Source: Octopus sinensis
Taxonomy: Eukaryota
Direction: 5' to 3'
Length of the DNA stretch: 64,000 bases
Assembly (NCBI RefSeq): GCF_006345805.1
Contig: NC_043011.1
Location: 9,734,001-9,798,000 of the forward strand
A program made the translations under genes and the position numbers. Below are positions 1-12,066 of the stretch, piece by piece (the stretch's first letter is position 1; each line of letters begins with the position of its first letter). The notes under the pieces are model-generated. The model had not been told where the DNA came from. It did not search any database and was given only the letters and a program-made list of their open reading frames with translations.

Positions 1-1157
1 AGCTCTTACCTCTGCTGGTGACTAAAGGCCTCTCGCTCAGAGTAAAGGGCAGACTGTATGATGCATGTGTTCGAACTGCCATGCTACATGGCAGTGAAAC
101 ATGGGCCGTGACTGTGAGGACATGCGTAAGCTCATGAGGAATGAAGCCAGTATGCTCCGATGGATGTGTAATGTCAGTGTACTTACTCGACAGAGTGTTA
201 GTTCCTAAGAGAAATGTTGTACCTAAGAAGCATCAGTTGTTGCGTGCAAGAGAGACGATTGCGATGTGGTATGGTCATGTGGCGAGAATGGATGAAGATA
301 GGTGTGTGAGAAAGTGCCAATCCCTAGCAGTTGAGGGAACCCGTGGAAGAGGTAGACCCAGGAAAACCTGGACGAGGTGGTGAAGCACGACCTTCGAACA
401 TTAGGTCTCACCATGGAAATGACCAGAGACCGAGACTATGGAAGTATGCGTGCGTGAGAAGATGGCAAGACTAGTGAAGCCATAACCCGTGGGCCCCCAC
501 CTAACCTGGGACGTAGTCAGTCCGCCTGTGCATACCTTCCTGCTTGTGACACCTGTGAAGCCTGGTGAGGCAAGTCAAATCAAAGTCAAATCGAATCAAG
601 TCAAACCAAATCAAAATAGATGAACATCAATGGAATTGTATCCTTGTGGTACCAGTGTGGTGGACATAAGAAAACCATCCGAACGGGACCGTAGCCAGTA
701 CCGCATCGACTGGCCTCGTGCTGTGGGCATGTAACAAACACCGTCCGAGCGTGGCCGTCTGCCAGCCTCGTCTGGCACCTGTGTCGGTGGCACATAAAAA
801 ACACCATCCGAGCGTGGTCGTCTGCCAGCCTCGTCTGGCAATGTGTCGGTGGCACATAAAAACACCATACGCGCGTGGCCGTCTGCCAGCCTCGTCTGGC
901 ACCGGTGTCGGTGGCACATAAAAACACCATCCGAGCGTGGCCGTTCGCCAGGCCTCGTTCTGGCACCTGTGTCGGTGGCAATAAAAAATCAACACTACAC
1001 TCTCGGAGTGTGTTGGCGTTAGGAAGGGCATCAGCTGTAGAAACACTGCCAGATCTGACTGGCCTGGTGCAGCCTTCGGGCTCCCCAGACCCCAGTTGAA
1101 CCGTCCAACCCATGCTAGCATGGAGAACGGACGTTAAACGACGATGATGATGATGAT
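1..1157 (+). mobile_element. RTE-clade LINE, 3' part cut by window start; first unit of a ~1.9-kb tandem pair
   Basis: Near-identical to 1905-3059. Frameshifted RT C-terminus (WYGHVARMDEDRCVRKCQSLAVEGTRGRGRPRKTW), 62-bp repeats, (GAT)n tail. Confidence 0.9.
655..995 (+). repeat. ~62-bp tandem repeat array in RTE 3' UTR (copy 1)
   Basis: About 5 units of GGTGGCACATAAAAACACCATCCGAGCGTGGCCGTCTGCCAGCCTCGTCTGGCACCTGTGTC. Confidence 0.9.
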
Positions 1158-1161
1158 ATAT

Positions 1162-3059
1162 ATTGACATGGAGAAAGCCTTTGATAGAGTCCCCCGATCC
1201 CTCATCTGGTGGTCAATGAGGAAACTAGGGATAGATGAATGGCTGGTGAGGGCTGTGCAAGCCATGTACAGAGATGCCGTAAGCAAGGTTAGGGTTGGCA
1301 ACATGTACACAGAAGAATTCAAAGTAGAGGTTGGGCGTCCACCGGGTTCAGTACTCAGCCCCCTCCTATTTATCATAGTCCTCCAGGCAATAACAGAGGA
1401 ATTCAAGACAGGTTGCCCTGGGAGCTCCTCTATGCTGACGACCTCGCTCTAATTGCTGAGTCACTATCAGAACTGGAGGAGAAGTTCCAGGTGTGGAAGG
1501 AGGGTTTAGAATCGAGGGGCCTTAGAGTCAACCTAGCTAAAACCAAAGTACTAATAAGTAGAAAGGTAGGCAATCCACAAATGTCCTCAGGAAGATGGCC
1601 CTGCTCGATCTGTAGAAAAGGTGTAGGTAGAAACTCTATAAGATGTACCCAGTGTAAGCTATGGACACATAAGAGGTGCAGCAATGTCAAAGGTAGGCTA
1701 ACTGGGAAGACAGTCTTATATGTGGCAGATGCTCGGGAGCATTGACCTCCGAAAATCTGCAGAAAACAACTTCCGTCACTTTCCAGGGGGAAAAATTAGA
1801 AGTAGTTGATAGCTTCCGTTATCTAGGTGACCAAGTCAGTAGTGGGGGTGAGTGCGCTGAGAGTGTAACTGCTAGAATAAGAATAGCCTGGGCAAAGTTT
1901 AGGGAGCTCTTACCTCTGCTGGTGACTAAAGGCCTCTCGCTCAGAGTAAAGGGCAGACTGTATGATGCATGTGTTCGAACTGCCATGCTACATGGCAGTG
2001 AAACATGGGCCGTGACTGCTGAGGACATGCGTAAGCTCATGAGGAATGAAGCCAGTATGCTCCGATGGATGTGTAATGTCAGTGTACTTACTCGACAGAG
2101 TGTTAGTTCCCTAAGAGAAATGTTGTACCTAAGAAGCATCAGTTGTTGCGTGCAAGAGAGACGATTGCGATGGTATGGTCATGTGGCGAGAATGGATGAA
2201 GATAGGTGTGTGAGAAAGTGCCAATCCCTAGCAGTTGAGGGAACCCGTGGAAGAGGTAGACCCAGGAAAACCTGAGACGAGGTGGTGAAGCACGACCTTC
2301 GAACATTAGGTCTCACCATGGAAATGACCAGAGACCGAGACCTATGGAAGTATGCTGTGCGTGAGAAGACCTGGCAAGACTAGTGAAGCCATAACCCGTG
2401 GCCCCTACCTGGGACGTAGTCAGTCCGCCTGTGCATACCTTCCTGCTTGTGACACCTGTGAAGACCTGTTGAGGCAAGTCAAATCAAAGTCAAATCGAAT
2501 CAAGTCAAACCAAATCAAAATAGATGAACATCAATGGAATTTGTATCCTTGTGGTACCAGTGCTGGTGGCACATAAGAAAACCATCCGAACGGGACCATA
2601 GCCAGTACCGCATCGACTGGCCTCCGTGCTGTGGGCACGTAACAAACACCGTCCGAGCGTGGCCGTCTGCCAGCCTCGTCTGGCACCTGTGTCGGTGGCA
2701 CATAAAAACACCATCCGAGCGTGGTCGTCTGCCAGCCTCATCTGGCACCTGTGTCGGTGGCACATAAAAACACCATCCAAGCGTGGCCGTCTGCCAGCCT
2801 CGTCTGGCACCTGTGTCGGTGGCACATAAAAACACCATCCGAGCGTGGCCGTTCGCCAGCCTCGTCTGGCACCTGTGTCGGTGGCACATAAAATCACCCA
2901 CTACACTCTCGGAGTGGTTGGCGTTAGGAAGGGCATCCAGCTGTAGAAACACTGCCAGATCTGACTGGCCTGGTGCAGCCTTCGGGCTCCCCAGACCCCA
3001 GTTGAACCGTCCAACCCATGCTAGCATGGAAAGCGGACGTTAAACGATGATGATGATGA
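1162..3059 (+). mobile_element. 5'-truncated RTE-clade LINE with frameshifted reverse transcriptase and 3' UTR
   Basis: RT motifs DMEKAFDRVP, GSVLSPLLFIIV, LLYADDL; Cys-rich insert CSIC..CTQC..H..C; AMLHGSETW; RRLRWYGHV..GRGRPRKT; ends in (GAT)n. Confidence 0.92.
2560..2900 (+). repeat. ~62-bp tandem repeat array in RTE 3' UTR (copy 2)
   Basis: Units start near 2564, 2631, 2694, 2756 and 2818, with a partial unit at 2880. Confidence 0.92.
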
Positions 3060-5139
3060 GATATATATATATATATAGAAAGAAGGAGACACATGTACAT
3101 ATTGACATATACATACACACATACATCATATATGTGATGAGGTCCTTCACAGTTTCCAATGACCAGATTCCACTCAGATGATATTGGTTAACCTGGGGCT
3201 GGAGTAGAAGATCCTTGCCCAAGGTGCCACACAGTAGGACTGAACTCAGAACTACAGGCTTGTGAAGTGAACATCTTAACTGCGCAGCTATGCAGGTATA
3301 TATTACACACACACACACACGCACACAATTTATTAAACTGACTACCTTTATAAGAGTGACACTAACTGTAGGTCTGAGGAGTAGTTTGGGAAATTGCGTG
3401 GGCAGTAATAGATTAGCAAATAATAACAAAACACACACACATACACACAACAGGTACACTGAAGTACATGAAATGTCTGTAAGGGTTGAGGGGGTGGGAT
3501 ATGATGGTAGTGAGATGACTAGTAGAGAGTATGAGAGGAGTATTAATGAAAGGTGGGGGGGGGGGTGCAGAATACGGTAGAGCAACAAGTTTCAACCAGT
3601 AACAGCACCAAAAATCAGCAACACACACACACACACACGCACACACACACACGCACACACACACACACATTATCATCGGCACTGCGACTGGAATTACTAC
3701 CATTTTACAGTTATTTATTGATTTCTTTAGCAAGCAAATGTGGTCTTCCAATGGAATTTCTTCTCAACAAAAACAGGGCTGCTACATAACCAGCACCCAT
3801 AAACTACCACACACACCTACGACTGCTACTATTACCAAAACACTACCACCCACACACATAGACAAACAATTTCATCACCATCATTACATCTATATACTAC
3901 CACATACACACTTCACCACCACCTCTATTATTTTCACTAACACCACTACTACTATCACCAATATGCTATCACACAGAATCTTCCCCACCACCACCACCAC
4001 CACTACACTCCCACAACCACAGCCACCACCACCACCACCACCACTAGCCAGTTATCAAACATTTGAATTTGACAGTATTATTTCTGAGGTAGCTGACAAG
4101 ACAGCTTAACGAAAATCTGATTTGTTTCTTAAAATAAAAACAATCATGTCGCAATAACAGCAACAACAACAGTATTTCCACAAAAAATTTTCTCAAGAGA
4201 CTTTTCTCAGTCTAAAGATTTTAAACTATTTTGAATGTTTGGGTAAAATGTTTGAAACCAGGCAATCCTTAGATTGACCAGCTCCTGATCCTCTCTCAAC
4301 AACTGACCAAACATAAGAATTGTTCGATTTAAATACATAAAGCATGGCATGGAAAATGGTTTAGTGGAGGGAAACCATTTCAAACAACAGGGCTTCCAGC
4401 ATTAAACTTATTGCCCAAATAAGGGACACAATAAACCCATCAAATCCTAACTCTGTCCCAGAAAGCACCCAACCGAATGACTGGAACAAAATAATGTCAT
4501 CATTGTTTTAGTGTCTGTGTTTGTGGCCATTAAACTAAATTAACTAAGGCAGATCTTCTGCAGTTGAATGCCCTTCCGGTTGGTGGCCATCACCTAATTC
4601 CAAGAATGGCAACATTTCCCCTTTCCTTTTTAACACAAATCATAAAATGACTGAATATGTTTACATGGAGGATCGTAAAGAAACAATGTCTCATGTATGA
4701 AGCTGATCTTTCTTCACAGCACACAATGTCACAGCAAAGAGATACAAGTGCTTACACAAACACACACACACATACATGATGGGATTCTTTTAAGTTTCCA
4801 TCAACTAAATCCACTCACAAAGCTTAGGTTGTCTCAAGACTACAGCAGAACATGTTGCCCCAAATTACCCTGAATGGGGAGAGAATTTGAAGGGATGTGG
4901 CTGAGAAGTAAACTTCCGTCCAGAGCCACAGCTCTGTCTGCAGCCTATTCTCTCTATTGTGTTTAATCAACTTTCTGTATAATTATGCCTTCCACCAATT
5001 AGAGGTGATGAAACGAAAGAAAAATAAATCCCAGGTTTAATAACTTTGCTGTTATTATTATTATTGGCTCCACCGCTCCTCAGTTCTTTTCTTGTGGCAG
5101 TGGTTTCAGGTTCTTCAAATATTTCAGGATTATTATTAT

Positions 5140-5413
5140 TATTCATTTACACTCAACAGATTAGGCTGTTTGAAAAGAAAAGAATCCTAACATCAGGCTA
5201 CAACAAGTAGTCTTAGATGCCAAGAACCCTCCTATTCAGTTACAGCAAGTAACCTTAGATGCCAAGAACCTTCCTAAGTATCCTAGCTGTCCCTAATAAT
5301 AGATTTTTTTTTTCCTGCAGCTATACTAAACTGGGTTTTATGCCTACTTCCTCCATCCTTCTGGTCAGATCTTTAGGGATAGTTCCCAATGCACCTATAA
5401 CTACTGGGATACA
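5140..5413 (-). mobile_element. 3' fragment of R4/Dong-like (RLE-type) non-LTR retrotransposon
   Basis: Minus strand reads IPVVIGALGTIPKDL...LLGTARILRKVLGI*, the same C-terminus as the element at 62340-63950; flanked by (ATT)n. Confidence 0.75.
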
Positions 5414-5699
5414 TTATTATTATTATTGTAGATTACAAATCATTTAGTTTAAAACAACAGATATACCTTAAACCATTCAATGCATGGCTGCACATTAGGG
5501 ACCAGAAAATGGCTCCTATTTAGTTCTGCTATGCATAATGCATACCTGCAATTTTAACACTTCATACTCAGTAGAAAGGTGTGTGTTATTCAAAGCTAAA
5601 ACTTCAAGGTTCCTGTTTTTACCAAATTTCTTAAGATGGTAGAGAGACGATGCTTCTATGGATCTTATTCATTCATTTAAAGTTTCGGCAGGATTTAAG

Positions 5700-5792
5700 A
5701 AAGAAAATAATTTCAAATATTTTAATGTTTAATGGGGGACATAAACACACCAATACTGGTTATCAAGCAGTAGTGGTGGAAGACAAACACAG

Positions 5793-5823
<31 letters not shown>

Positions 5824-5985
5824 AGTATGTAATGGGCTTCTTTCAGCTCCCATCTACCAAATCCAATCACAAGGCTTTGGTTGGCCCAAGAAAACACTTT
5901 ACCCAAGGGGCCATGCAGTGGAACTGAATGTGGAGCCATGTGGTTGGGAAGCAAGCTTCTTTCCACATACCCATGCCTGTGCTCT
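5700..5985 (-). mobile_element. Diverged tRNA/CORE-type SINE
   Basis: Reverse-complement similarity to the head and body of the SINE at 35806-36220. Confidence 0.7.
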
Positions 5986-5987
5986 TA

Positions 5988-6097
<110 letters not shown>

Positions 6098-6311
6098 CAT
6101 ACTTAGTTTGATTTGAAAACCCCACTAGAATGGGAGAAAGCGCTAAAACATGAGCTAAGTTATATGATGTATAAAAAATGTAATATACAAATAAATATCT
6201 GTAAATATAAAACCATCCGATCTTCTGATTACCTCATTTCTTCTAATATATAATACCTGTACATCATTTCCAAACCTTCCAATATATACATATGTATATA
6301 CACATGTATCT

Positions 6312-6361
<50 letters not shown>

Positions 6362-6362
<1 letters not shown>

Positions 6363-8743
6363 CTTAGAAAGGTTTTGGCCAGTATTGGCCCAGGCCATGT
6401 CTAACTTAATAGCACCACCTGGCGAAGTCTTTCAATTCAGGATTTGGGCACCAAGGCCCATTCGAGCAGAGAGTTATTGTTTGAGGAGACATATCCGGGT
6501 GTGGGTGGTTTGTCTGGAACTGTTTGAAGGAATTTGTCCAAAGACTTCTTGAATTTTGTGTGGTCAGTTTCTGTTTTGACGTGTCCTGGTGTGATGTTGA
6601 AGAGAGCGGGTCCAATTGAGGTGAAATAATTGTGCCGTATTGTTGTTATGAGATGCGATTTAGATTTTTGTTGTGGACGGATGGCACGGGGTCCAAGTCT
6701 TGGATGTATTTTGAAGGTGATACCAACATCATTTGGACAGTGCTGATGGAATATTTTCCACATCATACAGATAATGTAGCATTCACGGCGTCGTTGGAGT
6801 GAATACAGTTTCAGCTTTTCCAGTCGACCCCAGTAATCAAGGTCTGACATGCCATCTATCTTTTTCGTGATTGACCTTTGGGGAGCTTCAACTTTCATAA
6901 TATTCCGTTTCATGTAGGGAGACCACAATGGACAGCAGTATTCAAGGTGAGATCGGGCAAAAGTGGAGAAGAGAAGGAGAATGGTGTGGGAATCTCTCGA
7001 CTGGAAGGTTCTGAGAATCCAGGAGCACATTCTGCGGGCCATGTCAACTTTGCTGCTTATATGTGTAGCCCAGCTTATGTTGTTGTCCACAGTTACTCCC
7101 AAGTTTCTGATGTTGTTAAACGCCATGAGAGTTTCACCAGAAGGAAGGGAGTATGGGAGTTTCAGAGCGTCCTCCCTTCCAAAGTGGATCAATTCGAATT
7201 TGTCTTCGTTTAGCAACATGTTTTTTTTTCCGCCCATTGGACAACAGCCAGTAGGTCTGACTGAAGGTTTATCCGGTCATCCATGCCATTGATGACCTTC
7301 TGGAGCTTGGAATCATCAGCGAAGATTCTGATGTTACTGTATTTGATGATATCAGTAATATCATTAATGTAGATGATGAAGAGAAGTGGGCCCAACACAG
7401 AGCCTTGTGGGACACCACTGCTGACTTTGGCTGGGCTGGATTTGACTCCTTCGACTACAACATGTTGGGTTCTGTTAGACAGGAAGCACTTGATCCACTG
7501 CAGCAGCTTTCCAGTGACACCAATATTGACAGCTTTCTCAAAAGGATCTTATGATCAACCCTGTCAAAGGCCTTGCTGAAATCAAGGTAGATGACATCAG
7601 TGTTGGAACCCTCTCCCAAGGCTCTCAAAATGTCATCGAAGTGATGCAGTAGCTGCGTCAGGCAATCCCTTCCATTACGGAATCCATGCTGGCTGGAGTT
7701 CAGCATATTATGACTCTCAAGGAAGTGAGTCATACGCGATCTCACCACTCTCTCAAATACCTTAATGATATGAGAGGTGAGTGAGATTGGACGGTAATTC
7801 ACGGCAAGGGATTTGTTTCCTTTTTTGAAAACTGGGACAACAGACTGGGATAGAAGGTCTCCTTGTATATATCCAGCATCCAGTGAGTTCCGCCACAGAT
7901 TGGCTAGAGGGAGTGCAAGTTGGTGTTGACACATCTTCAAGACACAAGCAGGGAACCTATCGGGACCTACTGCTGAATTATGCTTCATTTCCTTTATTGC
8001 TGCTAAGACATCAGGAGCGCCAAAGGTTATGTCCGATAAAGTGTATTGGGGAGTAACATCAGTGATACAGCCCAGATCAGCCATATCAGGATTGCTGAAA
8101 ACAGAGCAGTATTGTTTCTGCAACATCTCTCCCATGGTTTTGGCATTGTCTTGAAGAGTACCATTTTCATCAATCAGAGGGCCAACAGTAGAACCAGTGA
8201 CTCTGTGTAATTTTGCAAATGAAAAGAACACTTTGGGATTGAGTTTGATCTTCTCAATGGCCCAGGACTCTTCAGCTCTTCTCTGACTATTGATGATAGA
8301 CATCATGTTGTTTTGGAGGTTATGTTTTTTAATCTCTAGTGACGTGATGGCAGTCAGGTTGGTGTGTTGCTGTTGACAGTATTTCAGCTTGTTGATTTTT
8401 TTGTTAATTCTTTTAATTTTCCTGATGAGAGATTTTCTATTTCTAGGGATTCTGCACTTAGATTTGTTTGCAGATCTTAATGGGGTGTGGTTTGCACATA
8501 TGTTCGTAATGGTGTCTACAAATGACTGCCAGGACTTTTTGATGTTAGTGGGTGTGTATGTGTGTGTGAAGGACCAATCGACTTGTGCAAGATCATTATT
8601 GATCGCTTCCCAGTTTGCATTGTGGAAATCCATAGTGTCAAATGGATGAACAGGAGGGATGACATTTGTTTTGCATTTTGGCCGGTGAAATCTCAGATCA
8701 CAGAGAACCATGTCATGGTCGGAGAGTAGAGTTTTCTCCACTG

Positions 8744-8745
<2 letters not shown>
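6362..8745 (-). mobile_element. 5'-truncated CR1/L2-group LINE with frameshifted reverse transcriptase
   Basis: ORFs 7455-8741, 7210-7398 and 6437-7237: NYRPISLTS, QHGFR, YLDFSKAFDRVDH, LGPLLFIIYIND, FADDSK, LEYCCPLWSP, LYSLQRRR. (TA)n on both sides. Confidence 0.92.
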
Positions 8746-8779
<34 letters not shown>

Positions 8780-8782
8780 TTA

Positions 8783-8813
<31 letters not shown>

Positions 8814-8822
8814 ATATATATA

Positions 8823-9215
8823 CTAGCAGTATCGCCCGGCGTTGCTCGGGTTTGTAAGGGAAATAATTATATAAGCATTTTTAGAGATGTAAAGTATAAT
8901 AGCCATCTCAATATGGCTAACCACAAAGGGGGAGGGGTGTTACTGTAGCTTTTTACGTTCTGAGATTTATAATAAATTTTAGAGAGTTACTTCCCTTATA
9001 AATGTCAAAAATGGATTAAAAATGGGAAAAATTGATGGTAAATTTTTTTTTAAATCGTAGACTCATCGTAGACGCGTGCTAATACCCAGACGGTCTCGAT
9101 ATGAATCACGACTATAAGATACCCGGTTTTGGTTAACTGCACCGCAAAATGTGGGAGTAGTTAGGAATCTAAATCGTAGGAGACAGACACACAACCTCAC
9201 TTTTATATATAAAAA
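8823..9215 (-). mobile_element. Non-autonomous Helitron (left arm of palindrome)
   Basis: Reverse complement of 9781-10173; CTAG terminus at 8823-8826 next to a GC-rich hairpin. Confidence 0.8.
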
Positions 9216-9456
9216 TTTCCTCTATTTACATAATATTGAGGTCTCTTTCTTTCTTTTGTTATCTTACTGTTTTTACCAATATACATATATATATATTATA
9301 TAAATATATATATAGTTACAGAGATGTACTTGCATAGCAAGTGACTTGATCTGAGATTGTGTGCTGGAACGAAAACAGTTGCAGCGTTGAAGGTGTTTAT
9401 AAGCCATTTAAGAAACACACAAAAACCGTTAGATTCACTTCAACATTTAAATTTAA

Positions 9457-9507
9457 TTTGCCAAAATATTTTCGTCGCTTTGAGACCGCGACCTGTTCAC
9501 TGACAAA
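9457..9507 (-). ncRNA. Predicted minimal type-I hammerhead ribozyme, G3-C8 variant
   Basis: Minus strand UUUGUCA-GUGAACA-G-GUCGC-ggucucaaa-GCGAC-GAA-AAUAUU-U-UGGCAAA: 7-bp stem I (one G-U), 5-bp stem II, palindromic stem III. Confidence 0.68.
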
Positions 9508-9780
9508 AATATCGTGCTAACAGGTCGCGGTCTCAAAGCGATGAAAATATTTTGACAAATTAAATTAAATGTTGAAGTGAATCTAATGGTTTTTGTGTGT
9601 TTCTTAAATGGCTTATAAACACCTTCAACGCTGCAACTGTTTTCGTTCCAGCACACGATCTCAGATCAAGTCACTTGCTATGCAAGTACATCTCTGTAAC
9701 TATATATATATGTATATTGGTAAAAACAGTAAGATAACAAAAGAAAGAAAGAGACCTCAATATTATGTAAATAGAGGAAA

Positions 9781-10173
9781 TCTTTATATATAAAAGTGAG
9801 GTTGTGTGTCTGTCTCCTACGATTTAGATTCCTACTACTCCCACATTTTGCGGTGCAGTTTACCAAAACCGGGTATCTTATAGTCGTGATTCATATCGAG
9901 ACAGTCTGGGTATTAGCGCGCGTCTACGATGAGTCTACGATTTAAAAAAAAATTTACCATCAATTTTTCCCATTTTTAATCCATTTTTGACATATATAAG
10001 GGAAGTAACTCTCTAAAATTTATTATTAAATCTCAGAACGTAAAAAGCTACAGTAACACCCCTCCCCCTTTGTGGTTGGCCATATTGAGATGGCTATTAT
10101 ACTTTACATCTCTAAAAATGCTTATATAATTATTTCCCTTACAAACCCGAGCAACGCCGGGCGATACTGCTAG
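9781..10173 (+). mobile_element. Non-autonomous Helitron (393 bp)
   Basis: A|TCTTTATATATAAAAG 5' end, subterminal hairpin CCCGAGCAACGCCGGG, CTAG|T 3' end, no target duplication. Confidence 0.85.
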
Positions 10174-10387
10174 TCTATGTATATATGTATGTATGAGCCT
10201 ATGAGGGAGATCCCTACATGGCAGCTAGACCTGGTAGAAATAGCAGCCAAATTTCCCCCAAATCACACCTTACTGTCTTATCTATGTATATATGTATGTA
10301 TGAGCCTATGAGGGAGACCCCTACATGGCAGCTAGATATGGTAGAAATAGCAGCCAAATCTCCCTCAAATCACACCTTACTGTCTTA
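10174..10387 (+). repeat. 107-bp direct tandem duplication
   Basis: 10174-10280 and 10281-10387 differ at a handful of positions. Confidence 0.93.
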
Positions 10388-10394
10388 TCTTTCT

Positions 10395-10906
10395 GCTACT
10401 TGGATATAGGTGTTATATTCGTCGTAAAAAACTTTCCTGTCACACACTCACGCACACGCACACACACACACATACACACACACGCACCCTCACACACACA
10501 CACACACGCGCACACCCACACACACCCACTCACACACACGCACGTTAGCTTACAATTTTATTTATATATTTGCGTGTCTATGTGTTGAAAGAGGAAGTGG
10601 GAGGCAGAGTGAAAGAATCACTCACTACAGTAAGTCAATTACTTCATTTTATTCGTTGCCCACTGTGTGTGTGCGTTTGCGTGTGCTGTAAACCAGACTA
10701 AGAAAAGCATTTGACACACACACCAGAATGTGAGTTTTCTGTAAATTTTGCTTAACTGGAGTTTAAATTTTAAAAACTGGACCTGGCATGACGCGATGCA
10801 TTGTTCTCTAAAAATGCAAGGTAAATTGTATTGAAGAAATCCTATATTGTAGATTTGTATAACTCCCAAAGGGAGGCAGATAAAATCTGCCTTTTATAAT
10901 AAGAGA
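10395..10906 (-). mobile_element. Probable 3'-truncated non-autonomous Helitron of a second family
   Basis: Minus strand starts A|TCTCTTATTATAAAAG, similar to the 9781 terminus, followed by hairpin GGCAGATTTTATCTGCC. No CTAG end found; left boundary approximate. Confidence 0.5.
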
Positions 10907-10934
10907 TATATATATATATATACATATGTATCTA

Positions 10935-10974
<40 letters not shown>

Positions 10975-11140
10975 GTATCTATATATATATATTTATATAT
11001 ATCTATATATATATACATATATACATTATATATATATATACATATGCATCTATATATATATTAATATATATATATATATTATATATATCTATATATCTAT
11101 ATATATATACATATATACATTATATATTATATATATATAC

Positions 11141-11183
<43 letters not shown>

Positions 11184-11261
11184 ATATTATATTATATATA
11201 TATTTATATGTATCTATATATATCTATCTATAATCTTATATATATATATACATATATACAT

Positions 11262-11312
<51 letters not shown>
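10907..11312. repeat. Imperfect (TA)n microsatellite
   Basis: Direct inspection. Confidence 0.95.
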
Positions 11313-11316
<4 letters not shown>

Positions 11317-11767
11317 CAATAATTTATTTTTATTTATTGATTTCTATTTTATAATAAACGAAGGTGGGCTGCAACCGAAATTAGTTCAGTGAAGTCATGT
11401 TATTGTTGTTGTTGCTGTTGTTGTTGTTGTATATTTGGAAACTGCTGTAAAGTGAAGTGTGAAAAGCAGTGATACAGAAGACGGAGCTGAGCATCAAATG
11501 TGGGGGAGGGGGCGGGGATGGGGCTGATCAACATCTGAAGAATGTAATGAAATAAGGCAAACACACACAAAAAAAATATAACAAAACAGGACAAATCTGG
11601 GAGTCAGAGGATTCCAGAGACGAAATGACAACTATTTCTGTGAAATGGTTTTTGTTCTTTTTAGGGTTTTTTCTGTACAAACAATCCTACGACAATAACA
11701 AGAAGTTGCACCCTTATCGAAAATCATAATAAAGTGTTGTAGGAGAACTGAACACATATTACAACAC

Positions 11768-11806
<39 letters not shown>

Positions 11807-11807
<1 letters not shown>

Positions 11808-12020
11808 GGCCGCGAGCTGGTAAAATCATTATCATGTTGACCAAAATGCTTAGCGGCATTTTGTCCATCTTTACGTTCTGAGTTCAAATTCCACTGAGGT
11901 CAACTTTGCCTTTCATCCTTTCGGGGTCAATAAATTAAGTACCAGTTGCATACTGGGGTTGATCAAATTGACTGGCCCCCTCCCCTAAAATTTCAGGCCT
12001 TGTGCCTATGATAGAAAGGA
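11807..12020 (+). mobile_element. SINE with Nin/Deu-like central domain
   Basis: GAGCTGG..GAGTTCAAATTCC head (A/B-box-like), GCCTTTCATCCTTTCGGGGTC..TAAGTACCAG core; (ATT)n on both sides. Confidence 0.85.
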
Positions 12021-12032
12021 TTATTATTATTA

Positions 12033-12066
<34 letters not shown>

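Larger units (their letters stand above)
8823..10173. repeat. 1.35-kb near-perfect palindrome with 21-nt spacer (9498-9518)
   Basis: Arms 8823-9497 and 9519-10173 are reverse complements with scattered substitutions and different internal (TA)n lengths. Confidence 0.97.

Noticed and set aside
601-1121. ORFs with repeated CHRHR / CATDTG peptides (also 2505-3027)
   Set aside because: Antisense translations of the 62-bp repeat.
2560-2900. CRISPR-like array or pistol ribozyme
   Set aside because: Units are contiguous with no unique spacers and no cas genes, in a eukaryotic LINE UTR. The pistol P2 helix and GU cleavage site cannot be placed.
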